Positions 18,328 to 26,968 are shown, counted from the first letter of the stretch. The stretch is 32,000 nucleotides of DNA from Coprobacillaceae bacterium (GCA_963675915.1 OY780959.1:1860001-1892000); one strand, 5' to 3'. The notes: generated by a model from the sequence alone, not told the origin. Numbers and translations are program-made.

Positions 18328-19071
18328 TCATTTTCCTGAATGTCCGTCGTCATTTGAAATCAGTTTGGTAAGACACTTACAGACAAATTCCTTGTCAATC
18401 TTCTGGTCGGTTTCACCCGCAAAAATAAAGTCTGCTTTGATCTTCTTTTTAGCAAAAATCGATTGCAGTGTTTTAGCCGATTCTAACGTAGTACCACTGG
18501 AATTATTCAAGATATAAATATTGTCAAACTTGTTGTACAGTTCAATATACGGATGGGTTTCATCCATATTATCCAAATAAATTGTCGGGCTGTTGTCATA
18601 AATGTATTTATCCATGAACTTACCGAACACTTCCGAAAGATCAAACATCCCATTAAGACTGAATGTCCCTAAAAAGATATCCGGTCTTCTTAAAAAATAA
18701 TTGACAGTGGCTCCGCTGATTCGATTTTCACCAACGGTATAGATGCCCGAACATCTTTCGCCATCGTTCGATTTAGTATTAATTCTAAATACGCGCGGCA
18801 CTATTTCATGAATCACATGATTATAGAACTGCTCAATGAAAAAACTTGATTCCGAGCTTACTTCTACTTCTCCCAAAAGCAGCAGTGGGCTCGCAATTTC
18901 AAACACTTGAACAATTTTTTCATTCGCCAATTTAATCAAACATTCGCGAACGATGTGTTGTTCTTCACCAGAAACTATATAGAGAATCGGTACACCGCTT
19001 TCTCCATAGACTTTCATCTCAACATCTTTATCAAGACATTGGCTAAACTCACGGTAATATTCTGTAGTCAT
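18328..19071 (-). CDS. Esterase-fold-like protein lacking a GxSxG nucleophile motif
   Basis: 247 aa. The N-terminus (...VEMKVYGESGVPILYI...) and RRPDIFLGTFSLNG resemble the 'putative esterase' alpha/beta-hydrolase family as I remember it. No GxSxG occurs anywhere in the protein. Confidence 0.45.
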   Translation of the reverse strand: MTTEYYREFSQCLDKDVEMKVYGESGVPILYIVSGEEQHIVRECLIKLANEKIVQVFEIASPLLLLGEVEVSSESSFFIEQFYNHVIHEIVPRVFRINTKSNDGERCSGIYTVGENRISGATVNYFLRRPDIFLGTFSLNGMFDLSEVFGKFMDKYIYDNSPTIYLDNMDETHPYIELYNKFDNIYILNNSSGTTLESAKTLQSIFAKKKIKADFIFAGETDQKIDKEFVCKCLTKLISNDDGHSGK

Positions 19072-19223
19072 ATTTTCATCCCCAAATCACTATTCATCCA
19101 TTTTATTATAGCCCATATTTGTTAAAATTCAAACATTATTATCATAAAATGTCAATATGTTAGGTTTTTACCATTTTTCGAAAAATGTAAGCGTCAACAA
19201 TCATTAATTACCTAATTTGTACA

Positions 19224-19988
19224 TTATATCTGGAACATTCCCAGGTACCAAGCAATGATTTGAGAACCGTAAAACAGGCTGATTATTATCCCCAGGCACA
19301 AATATGGTCCAAATGCAATATGAGCCTTAATCGTGGTTTTATGCGAATATATCAAGTAAATCGCATATATCCCTGCCACTACTACTCCGATGAAACTAGC
19401 CAATAAACTGTTCGCCAGCCCCAACATGAATCCGGCTACAAACATCAGTTTGATGTCACCGCCACCAAATGAAGAACTGACAATCAAATTGGTGACTATC
19501 ATGATTCCTGGAACCACTAGCGCTCCAATCAACCGACTAAGCAGACTCACCTCGGGATGAAGTACCGCCATGGCCATTGCCGGAATTATCAAAGCAACAA
19601 CCAATTCATTGGGAATGGTCATCGTTCTAAAATCAATCACACTTATCGCCAGCAGAATCATACCTGCCATGAATACCACCGGAGTCTCCACCGAAATCCC
19701 AAATCGGTAAAAGCATCCAATCGCGAACAATCCTCCAATAAATTCGATGATCGGATGGATTATTCCAATCGGACTTTTACAGTAGCGACATTTACCTTTT
19801 AAGATTACATACGAGAATACTGGAATCAAATCATAGAATTTGATTGTATTATCACAGTTGCCACATTTGCTTCTTCCCGCAGCAATATTTTCACCAAGGG
19901 GGAGTCGATAGATGACCACATTGATAAACGAGGCGATACAGCTCCCCAAGATCAACAGATAAACATAAATTATAATCGTATCTGTCAT
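19224..19988 (-). CDS. pilD: Prepilin peptidase / N-methyltransferase (A24 family)
   Basis: 254 aa with an N-terminal CxxC...CxxC region (CGNCDNT...CRYCKSPI) and two catalytic Asp contexts (VIDFRTMTIP, GGGDIKLM). It starts 1 nt after the pilT stop. Confidence 0.9.
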   Translation of the reverse strand: MTDTIIIYVYLLILGSCIASFINVVIYRLPLGENIAAGRSKCGNCDNTIKFYDLIPVFSYVILKGKCRYCKSPIGIIHPIIEFIGGLFAIGCFYRFGISVETPVVFMAGMILLAISVIDFRTMTIPNELVVALIIPAMAMAVLHPEVSLLSRLIGALVVPGIMIVTNLIVSSSFGGGDIKLMFVAGFMLGLANSLLASFIGVVVAGIYAIYLIYSHKTTIKAHIAFGPYLCLGIIISLFYGSQIIAWYLGMFQI

Positions 19989-19989
19989 C

Positions 19990-21048
19990 TTATTGTCCGA
20001 AGAAACTGTTGAAATCGTTGATATTCATACAGCGTTCCTGAGCAACCATACGGGTAACTTTACCTTGTTTAACCAAATTGGCCAAAGCATTGTCCAAAGT
20101 AATCATTCCAAAGTTAGCTCCAGTTGCCATGATATTAGTAATTTGATGGACTTTAGCTTCACGAATCATCGTTCTGATGGCATCAGTGGCAATCATGATT
20201 TCCAACGCGGCAACCCGACCATTGCTGTCCGCTGTCGGTAACAATGTTTGAGTGATAACGGCATTCAAAATCCCCGCCAGCTGGGTTCTTACCTGAGCTT
20301 GACGGTGACTAGGGAAAACGTCGACAATCCTGTCAATAGTCTTGGCTGCACCTGAAGTATGCAGAGTCGAGAAGACCAAGTGACCAGTTTCGGCAAGCGT
20401 AATAACCGCTGAAATGGTTTCGTAGTCCCGCATCTCTCCGACCAGAATGACATCAGGATCCTCACGCATCGCTGAACGCAAAGCCGTATCAAATGAATCC
20501 ACATCACCATGAATTTCCCTTTGATGGATCAAAGCCTGTTTTTCATGATACAGGTATTCGACCGGATCTTCGATAGTCAGAATATGACAGTTGCGGTTTT
20601 GATTGATATAATCGATTACCGCTGCCAAAGTTGTCGACTTCCCTGAACCGGTTGGTCCGGTTACTAAAACCAAACCCCGGTGGTCCATCGCCAATTTATT
20701 AAGAATTGATGGCAACCCTAACTCTTCAACTGTCAGGATTTCCTCGTTGATAACCCGGTATGCCGCATTCATCCGCCCTTGGGCGAAGTAGACATTGACC
20801 CGGTAACGGGAATGACCGTGCGTTTCATCGATAAAGACGAAATCGGCATCCTTGCCTTCGGCAAGCAACTCATTCGCTCTTGAGTTAGCTGAAGTCATTA
20901 TCAGCATTTCCAATTCATCATTTGAATAATTTAAATCTTGATATTGAAGACGACCGTTAAGACGGAAAGCTATTCCTTGTCCAACTGATATATGAATATC
21001 GGAACACCGCTTACTACGGGCCTCTTCTAGTATTCTTGCAATTTCCAT
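19990..21048 (-). CDS. pilT: Type IV pilus retraction ATPase PilT
   Basis: 352 aa with Walker A GPTGSGKST, Asp box, Walker B ILVGEMRD, His box TGHLVFSTLHT and the PilT-type AIRTMIRE motif. The RBS GGAGGG overlaps the pilB stop. Confidence 0.9.
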   Translation of the reverse strand: MEIARILEEARSKRCSDIHISVGQGIAFRLNGRLQYQDLNYSNDELEMLIMTSANSRANELLAEGKDADFVFIDETHGHSRYRVNVYFAQGRMNAAYRVINEEILTVEELGLPSILNKLAMDHRGLVLVTGPTGSGKSTTLAAVIDYINQNRNCHILTIEDPVEYLYHEKQALIHQREIHGDVDSFDTALRSAMREDPDVILVGEMRDYETISAVITLAETGHLVFSTLHTSGAAKTIDRIVDVFPSHRQAQVRTQLAGILNAVITQTLLPTADSNGRVAALEIMIATDAIRTMIREAKVHQITNIMATGANFGMITLDNALANLVKQGKVTRMVAQERCMNINDFNSFFGQ

Positions 21049-21056
21049 AAACCCTC

Positions 21057-22736
21057 CTAATCAGAATAAAGCATGATTTTTCGCATTTCATCAATTGAAG
21101 TAACTCCATCAATAAGTAACTGACGAGCTTGCTCCTGCAATGTGAGGAGACTTTGATTTTCAGCCAGATATTTTGATATCTCATCGGTGGATTTCTCTTC
21201 AGTAATCATCCGGCGGACCACTTTGTCAATCTTGATGATTTCGTGAATCGCCAGACGCCCCTTATAACCGGTATTATTACATACCTGACATCCTTTACCT
21301 TGCCAAACAGTGTTGATATCAATTCCCAACTCTTCTTTTTCAGCATCGGTAATGGTGATTTCTTCCTTGCAATGGGGGCAAACTTTTCTAATGAGACGTT
21401 GGGCCACAACTCCAACCAGGGAGTTGGAAGCCATATATGGCTCGACCCCCATGTCCTCGATTCTGGTAATCGAACTGACTGCATCATTGGTATGAAGTGT
21501 CGCCACTACCAGATGGCCGGTAATCGCCGCTCTAACCGCAATAGTCGCAGTTTCAGCATCCCGAATTTCCCCAATCATGATAACGTCCGGATCCTGACGA
21601 AGCAAGGAACGTAACCCGGCGCTGAAAGTCAGACCGGCAACGGGATTAACCTGGGTCTGATTAATCCGCTGCAAAGTTCGTTCGACCGGATCTTCAACAG
21701 TGGAAATATTAATCTGTTTTTGCGCCATCTTTTCCAATATCATATATAACGTTGTCGTTTTTCCTGAACCGGTTGGTCCGGTAACAAAGACAATTCCATG
21801 GGGCATTTGGAGAATTGATTTCATCTTTTGATAGTTGAAATCAGTCATCCCATAAGTATCCATATTGGTAATTGGCGTATCGTTATTCAAATAACGCATT
21901 ACCACTTTTTCCCCGAAAACAGTCGGTATCGTAGAAACCCGCATATTCATCTCACGATCATTGATGGTAATTACGAAATGGCCATCCTGAGGGACCCGCT
22001 TCTCGGCAATGTTCAGGTTAGAAAGGATCTTGACCCTAACCACCAACGAGTTGAGGACATTGATATTCAAATTGATATAATCGACCAGTAAGCCATCAAT
22101 ACGCATTCGAATCCGCAAGACTTCCTTGGTTGGTTCGATATGGATATCGGATACTCCATTACTGTATCCCCGCGCCAACAAAGAGTTAAGCAGTTTTACT
22201 ACCGGAGTATCATCATCTTCGCCCAAGTTCCCAAAATCAATTGGCGAATTGGCAGCTGATGTGTACTGGATATCCTTGGCGATATCGAAAGCTGCGACTT
22301 CCTGATAATACTTGAAAATCGCTTTTTCAATTTCAGCTCTTGTCGCCACCTGGATTGAAATATTCATTCCGGTAACCAACCGAACATCCTCTATTCCATA
22401 GTAATTTAGAGGATCATCGGTAACCACGATCAACGAACCACGATCCTGAGCGATGGCAATCATATGATATTTTTCCGCCATCTGTTTTGGAATCTTCTTA
22501 ACAGCATTGATATCAACCTTAATGAAATCCAATTCGACCATTTTCTCACCAAGCTTGTTGGCCAGTTCACTTAACAACTGTTTCTCGGTAATATAACCTA
22601 AATCGATAAGATGTTCACCCAATCGCTTGGTGTGATCCTGCCCTTGCTTTTGAAGAGCGTCTTCAATCTGGTCATCTGTTATATATCCGGCACTCTTCAA
22701 CAATTCGCCAATTGGCAAGTTTTTCATCTTCATCAT
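21057..22736 (-). CDS. pilB: Type IV pilus assembly (extension) ATPase PilB/GspE family
   Basis: 559 aa with an N-terminal T2SSE_N/MshEN-like repeats, Walker A GPTGSGKTTT, and the tetracysteine CPHC...CQVC motif. The start may instead be the fourth codon (ATG 22727), which is better spaced from GGAGG. Confidence 0.9.
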   Translation of the reverse strand: MMKMKNLPIGELLKSAGYITDDQIEDALQKQGQDHTKRLGEHLIDLGYITEKQLLSELANKLGEKMVELDFIKVDINAVKKIPKQMAEKYHMIAIAQDRGSLIVVTDDPLNYYGIEDVRLVTGMNISIQVATRAEIEKAIFKYYQEVAAFDIAKDIQYTSAANSPIDFGNLGEDDDTPVVKLLNSLLARGYSNGVSDIHIEPTKEVLRIRMRIDGLLVDYINLNINVLNSLVVRVKILSNLNIAEKRVPQDGHFVITINDREMNMRVSTIPTVFGEKVVMRYLNNDTPITNMDTYGMTDFNYQKMKSILQMPHGIVFVTGPTGSGKTTTLYMILEKMAQKQINISTVEDPVERTLQRINQTQVNPVAGLTFSAGLRSLLRQDPDVIMIGEIRDAETATIAVRAAITGHLVVATLHTNDAVSSITRIEDMGVEPYMASNSLVGVVAQRLIRKVCPHCKEEITITDAEKEELGIDINTVWQGKGCQVCNNTGYKGRLAIHEIIKIDKVVRRMITEEKSTDEISKYLAENQSLLTLQEQARQLLIDGVTSIDEMRKIMLYSD

Positions 22737-22815
22737 TCCTCCTTAAACAAGGCACTAAATAAAATCTTAATAGGATAATTCTACCATAATACTATTTAAT
22801 TCTAATATCACTTGA

Positions 22816-23391
22816 TTATGATTCAATCATGTTCAAAACATAGGTCATCGAGATTCCTGATTGACCGTTATCCGAAGAAGAATAAGTGAAACTGGTGATT
22901 TGCACCCCTTCAAGTCCTCTAACGAAGTCAACATAATTCTCCAGACTGCCTTTTTCACCAGTCAGACTTTGGCTAATAACAACCTGATAAACCCGATGAG
23001 GAACGGCTTCGTCTTCAGCCACAGTTCCATCGCCCGTCAATTCAACCGGTTGGCTGATATTGATGCTGCTTGGTGTCAAACCACGATTAGCTGTTGATGT
23101 AGTCAAAAGGCGGTCGATATCTTCGGTAAATTGAGCAGGTTGGTACTGAGTGGCAACTTCCTCAAATCGAGCGGTAATTTCCGCCAATAGTTCCGGATAA
23201 TCCTCAATCGGGATTGCGGTCGCTTCCAAAACTGCGACTTGACCCTCAAGAGTTTGTTTTTCGGTCGCCAAAGTACCGCGCGCATCCAGTTGGGGTGAAA
23301 TAAGCACATACCACAGGACAAATACTATCGCCATCGCACCGGCGATGATAAGCAGATTTTTTTCTCGTTTAGATAGTTTATTCATCTTCAT
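22816..23391 (-). CDS. pilO: PilO-like pilus alignment-complex protein
   Basis: 191 aa: LSKREKNLL, then a TM helix, then ISPQLD plus a coiled coil, then a C-terminal alpha/beta domain. It has a 14-nt overlap with pilN. Confidence 0.7.
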   Translation of the reverse strand: MKMNKLSKREKNLLIIAGAMAIVFVLWYVLISPQLDARGTLATEKQTLEGQVAVLEATAIPIEDYPELLAEITARFEEVATQYQPAQFTEDIDRLLTTSTANRGLTPSSINISQPVELTGDGTVAEDEAVPHRVYQVVISQSLTGEKGSLENYVDFVRGLEGVQITSFTYSSSDNGQSGISMTYVLNMIES

Positions 23392-23962
23392 TACCTCCCG
23401 GTTGACTGATTACCAAGGATATATTAACACTTACACTAGAATCGCCTGATGACCAACCTGAATAGCTGACACTACTAAACTTACCAGTGTTTTTTAGGGC
23501 GGTAATCAATTGTGGGGGCACGTTTTTGTCACTTGCCGTAACCGCCAGTTCAATCGTCGCTGTCGCCTGGGTGTAGCCAATCGATTTAATTGAGACATTA
23601 CCAGTAACACTATCGATTGAGAGCAAGACATCCCGTTTCAATTCTTCATTAAAAACCTGATCACCGATACTATCTAGGTAGGCCATTTCATTTTTATATT
23701 GATTATAGGCAATGGCATTTGGATCAGTCTCCGCAACGGCTATTTGAGTTTGAAGTTCAAGCATTTGATTTTCCAAATCCTTGATATCGCCTCTGGTCCC
23801 CATATTTTGGATAAAGATTACCAAAAAGAATACTAGAGCCGCTGTTACAACAATCGCGCCAACACCACCAAGAAGTACTAAAATTCGGTTTTTCTCAAAA
23901 AATGTTTTCTCATAACTGTACGCAGCCAACAAGTCAAGGTCGCGTTTTAATTTCTTTGCCAT
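23378..23962 (-). CDS. pilN: PilN-like pilus alignment-complex protein
   Basis: 194 aa with a short cytoplasmic N-terminus (DLDLLAAY, comparable to the INLLP PilM-binding peptide), one TM helix and a coiled coil. It follows pilM by 5 nt. Confidence 0.65.
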   Translation of the reverse strand: MAKKLKRDLDLLAAYSYEKTFFEKNRILVLLGGVGAIVVTAALVFFLVIFIQNMGTRGDIKDLENQMLELQTQIAVAETDPNAIAYNQYKNEMAYLDSIGDQVFNEELKRDVLLSIDSVTGNVSIKSIGYTQATATIELAVTASDKNVPPQLITALKNTGKFSSVSYSGWSSGDSSVSVNISLVISQPGGNEDE

Positions 23963-23967
23963 GTTGC

Positions 23968-24870
23968 CTACCTCCTTATCAGAGCGCCAAGATTATACAA
24001 ATATCTTTGGGCCTCGAAATCAACAGCTTTTGCTCCGACGCATTTAACCATTTCCGGTGTCAAAAAACTACGAACCGGCAAGTCGGTCGAGGTCGCGATG
24101 ACACTATATAACATCTCAGCTTCATCATTGCCGACATTACTAAACATAATCTCTTCAACATCATAATCACGATAATTAGCTAAATTAAAATTAATCATTT
24201 TCATAATAATCGAATTTATTTCATTGACATATCCTGAAGTTCCGACATCACTGAAGAATCGAGAATTTTGAGTAATCAATTGTTTCGGCCCTTGGTAAAG
24301 GCTGACCGAAACCTCATTTCCATGGATATTGGCCCAAATGAAAATCTTTTCAGCCAGTTCTTTGGAATGGGCGATCAATTTATTCATCACATTATAGTTG
24401 ATATCGATCCCGGTGACTTGGATTCCAATTGTGTCAAAGAGATCAAGATATTTCTTGATGAAATCACGGGTTACACCGACGAGTAAGACTTCAATCCCTT
24501 CACTTCCTTCAACCTGGTCATTGACAATGGCATAGTCATAGACCATTTCATCATTATTGATATTGTCACTGGTCAAATGATACAGTTCATCCGCTACCAC
24601 GGTAAGCATTTCCTCATGACTCAACCTTGGGGCAACTATAACCTTCCGCAATATCTGCGTTGAGGAAAGTACCAGGCGGGCCTTGGAAGTTGTTCGAGCA
24701 ACCTCCTCTAACGCCTTCAACACCTTGTTTTCATCAGTGATAACACCATTTAGCATTGCCCCTTCTTCAAGAGGGTAAATACTATAATCTGTAACTTCAA
24801 TATTATCTTTTTTATATTCGCCAGTTAGGAGAATTATCCCCCCCGACGATAAATACATTACGGTTTCCAT
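23968..24870 (-). CDS. pilM: PilM-like actin-fold pilus assembly protein (short form)
   Basis: 300 aa. The segment IKKYLDLFDTIGIQVTGIDINYNVMNKL resembles the PilM/FtsA-type fold. The call is also supported by its position between pilC and pilN. Confidence 0.7.
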   Translation of the reverse strand: METVMYLSSGGIILLTGEYKKDNIEVTDYSIYPLEEGAMLNGVITDENKVLKALEEVARTTSKARLVLSSTQILRKVIVAPRLSHEEMLTVVADELYHLTSDNINNDEMVYDYAIVNDQVEGSEGIEVLLVGVTRDFIKKYLDLFDTIGIQVTGIDINYNVMNKLIAHSKELAEKIFIWANIHGNEVSVSLYQGPKQLITQNSRFFSDVGTSGYVNEINSIIMKMINFNLANYRDYDVEEIMFSNVGNDEAEMLYSVIATSTDLPVRSFLTPEMVKCVGAKAVDFEAQRYLYNLGALIRR

Positions 24871-24881
24871 ATTATCTTCCC

Positions 24882-26084
24882 CTACATATTCGAAACATTA
24901 TCATATACACCATAGATTGGCAGCATTACCGAAACAATGATTAAGCAGACGATAACTGCCAAAAAGATAATCATAATCGGTTCAATCATAGTAACCATCC
25001 GCTCACTCGCTTCACCAGCATCGTATTCGAAATTATCAGCTAATGAAGAAAGCATCGAATCCAATTGACCGGATTCTTCACCAATGTACACGCTCGAAAT
25101 CAACTTATAGTCAAAACCATCGATATGCGCCAAGGCATTAGATAATGATTCACCAGACCTAATCCCTTTAATGGCTTCTCCAAACTGCGATTCTAGATAA
25201 GTATTCCCTACGGTTGTCCGGGAAATCTCCAAACACTCGACAATCGAGATTCCTGCCGAGAATAGAGAAGACAGAGTCCGAGCAAACCGAGCAGTATAGA
25301 TTACCGAATTCAAAGGCCCGAAGATTGGCAACCGTAATTTAAGTTGATCAACCGTAAATTTAACCTTCTCATTTTTTAATAGCATTGCCATCCCCACAAT
25401 TACCAGTACTAACATGATAATTAAGACGTACCAGAAATTAATCAAAAAATGACTTATGGCGAAGTTAATTCTCGTAATCAGAGGTAACTCCATATCTTGA
25501 AAAAGATCCAAGAATTGTGGCATTACAAACGCAAAAACAATGATCAAGACAATCACAGTAACCACACTTAAGATAATTGGATAAGTCATTGCCGACTTGG
25601 TTTTCTGGGTCAACTGATGGTCCTTTTTATATTGATTGGCCATCAACATCGCCGTTTGATCCATAGCTCCACTAGCCTCACTGGCCCTAAACATTTCAAT
25701 CAATAATTGTGGAAAAGCTTCACCTTGCATTTCCATAGCTCGAGACAAAGGCAACCCCTGTTGCAACTTGTGATACATGTCCCGATAAATTTTCTTGATT
25801 TTAGAATTCTTTTCCCGTTGCTCCATGATTCCCAGGGTTCTAATCAACGTAATCCCTGACGACAGCATCGTTCCTATTTCACGTGAAAAATTGGACAGTT
25901 CCAAAAGTTTAAATTTATAAGTTGTTTCCGCCTTCTTTTTTACTTCCTTATTATTTTTGTAAGAAATCAAAAACAAATCATTTTCCCGTAGATTACGAAC
26001 CAACTGTTCCCGATTATCCGCTTCCGATTTTCCAGTAACCTTATTAGCGCCTAAGTCACGAGCAACATATTTAAAAACAGCCAT
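24882..26084 (-). CDS. pilC: Type IV pilus platform protein PilC (T2SS F family)
   Basis: 400 aa with two T2SSF repeats, each followed by TM helices (…GLPLSRAME…, …GESLSNAL…). RBS AAGGAGG. Confidence 0.9.
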   Translation of the reverse strand: MAVFKYVARDLGANKVTGKSEADNREQLVRNLRENDLFLISYKNNKEVKKKAETTYKFKLLELSNFSREIGTMLSSGITLIRTLGIMEQREKNSKIKKIYRDMYHKLQQGLPLSRAMEMQGEAFPQLLIEMFRASEASGAMDQTAMLMANQYKKDHQLTQKTKSAMTYPIILSVVTVIVLIIVFAFVMPQFLDLFQDMELPLITRINFAISHFLINFWYVLIIMLVLVIVGMAMLLKNEKVKFTVDQLKLRLPIFGPLNSVIYTARFARTLSSLFSAGISIVECLEISRTTVGNTYLESQFGEAIKGIRSGESLSNALAHIDGFDYKLISSVYIGEESGQLDSMLSSLADNFEYDAGEASERMVTMIEPIMIIFLAVIVCLIIVSVMLPIYGVYDNVSNM

Positions 26085-26122
26085 TATTGCACCTCCTTTT
26101 TCAAAAGTTTAAATATAACACT

Positions 26123-26151
26123 ATTATACCACATTTGGTGAAATAAGTAAT
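26123..26151 (-). promoter_or_regulatory. Candidate internal promoter for pilC-pilM-pilN-pilO-pilB-pilT-pilD
   Basis: Minus strand has an extended -10, TGGTATAAT (TATAAT at 26128-26123). The -35 (ATTACT) is weak. It lies between the pilA terminator and the pilC RBS. Confidence 0.45.
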
Positions 26152-26221
26152 AATAATCTATTAATTTACAACAATTAACCTATTCATAGTCAGAACAGGT
26201 TTTTAAATTTCTTTTTAATCG

Positions 26222-26247
26222 AAAAAAGAGTTGACTAGCAACTCTTT
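26222..26247 (-). terminator. Rho-independent terminator directly after the pilin gene
   Basis: Minus strand reads AAAGAGTTG-CTAGT-CAACTCTTT followed by TTTC, 36 nt after the pilA stop. Confidence 0.75.
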
Positions 26248-26282
26248 ATACAAATATTAGTAGGTAAAAAGTTCTACCTTGA

Positions 26283-26756
26283 TTATGACTCAGCAGTAGT
26301 TGAGACGATTACTATTTCATCATTTGGGTTAACATCAGCCACAACTGCGACATTACCTGAAGTCCAACTTATCGTGTATTTAGTTCCATCATAATCAATG
26401 TCAGTAACAGTGAAATCAGTGGTATTGATTCTGGCAATTACAGCTTTTTCTATAATTCCTGTTCCTGTTTCTCCTTCTCCTGTTCCTCCGTCAGTTGCCG
26501 AACCAGCCCTAACCATTGTTAAACCGTCGGTTCCTGCAGCCGCCATAGCTTCTTCTACCTGACAAGCCAAATAAACAGATCTTCCTTCCGAAACATATTT
26601 TGCATCGTTCGCATCATTAATGTAACTTAATACCGATGGAATTGCGATTGCTGCCAAGATTGCCATAATTACGATAACTACGATAATCTCAACAAGCGTA
26701 AAACCTTCTTCTTTACGAAGCGCACGATTCATTAGTTCTTTGATTTTATTCTTCAT
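26283..26756 (-). CDS. pilA: Type IV pilin (class III signal peptide)
   Basis: 157 aa. The 18-aa basic leader MKNKIKELMNRALRKEEG is followed by FTLVEIIVVIVIMAILAAIAIP (Gly-1, Phe+1, Glu+5). RBS AAGGAG at 26769-26764. Confidence 0.9.
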   Translation of the reverse strand: MKNKIKELMNRALRKEEGFTLVEIIVVIVIMAILAAIAIPSVLSYINDANDAKYVSEGRSVYLACQVEEAMAAAGTDGLTMVRAGSATDGGTGEGETGTGIIEKAVIARINTTDFTVTDIDYDGTKYTISWTSGNVAVVADVNPNDEIVIVSTTAES

Positions 26757-26801
26757 AATCTTTCTCCTTTTCTAATGTGAATCATAACATACTATATTTG
26801 T

Positions 26802-26830
26802 ATTATAACGTGGTATGTGTTTCTATGCAA
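26802..26830 (-). promoter_or_regulatory. Near-consensus sigma-A promoter of pilA
   Basis: Minus strand has TTGCAT (26830-26825), a 17-nt spacer, then TATAAT (26807-26802). Confidence 0.7.
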
Positions 26831-26968
26831 TAGAAATAATGCATAAGTGTGAATAAAATTGCCAGATGCGAGGAATATTTTCACTTTATAACTCTTAAGT
26901 CAGAATTTGCGTATAATAATATATCGATATACGTCCATACGTGAGAAAGAATTCCCTTCCGGGAATTC

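Noticed and set aside
18118-18517. Small ORFs at 18118-18303 (minus strand) and 18236-18517 (plus strand).
   Set aside because: They lie in the promoter/terminator region or antisense to the esterase-like gene, with no translation signals.
23103-23321. Small out-of-frame or antisense ORFs inside the pil genes (for example 22861-23097, 23103-23321, 23902-24111, 24268-24486), considered as candidate hidden minor pilins.
   Set aside because: None has a class III signal peptide (G/FTLxE plus a hydrophobic helix) or an RBS. All are nested within better-supported pil genes.
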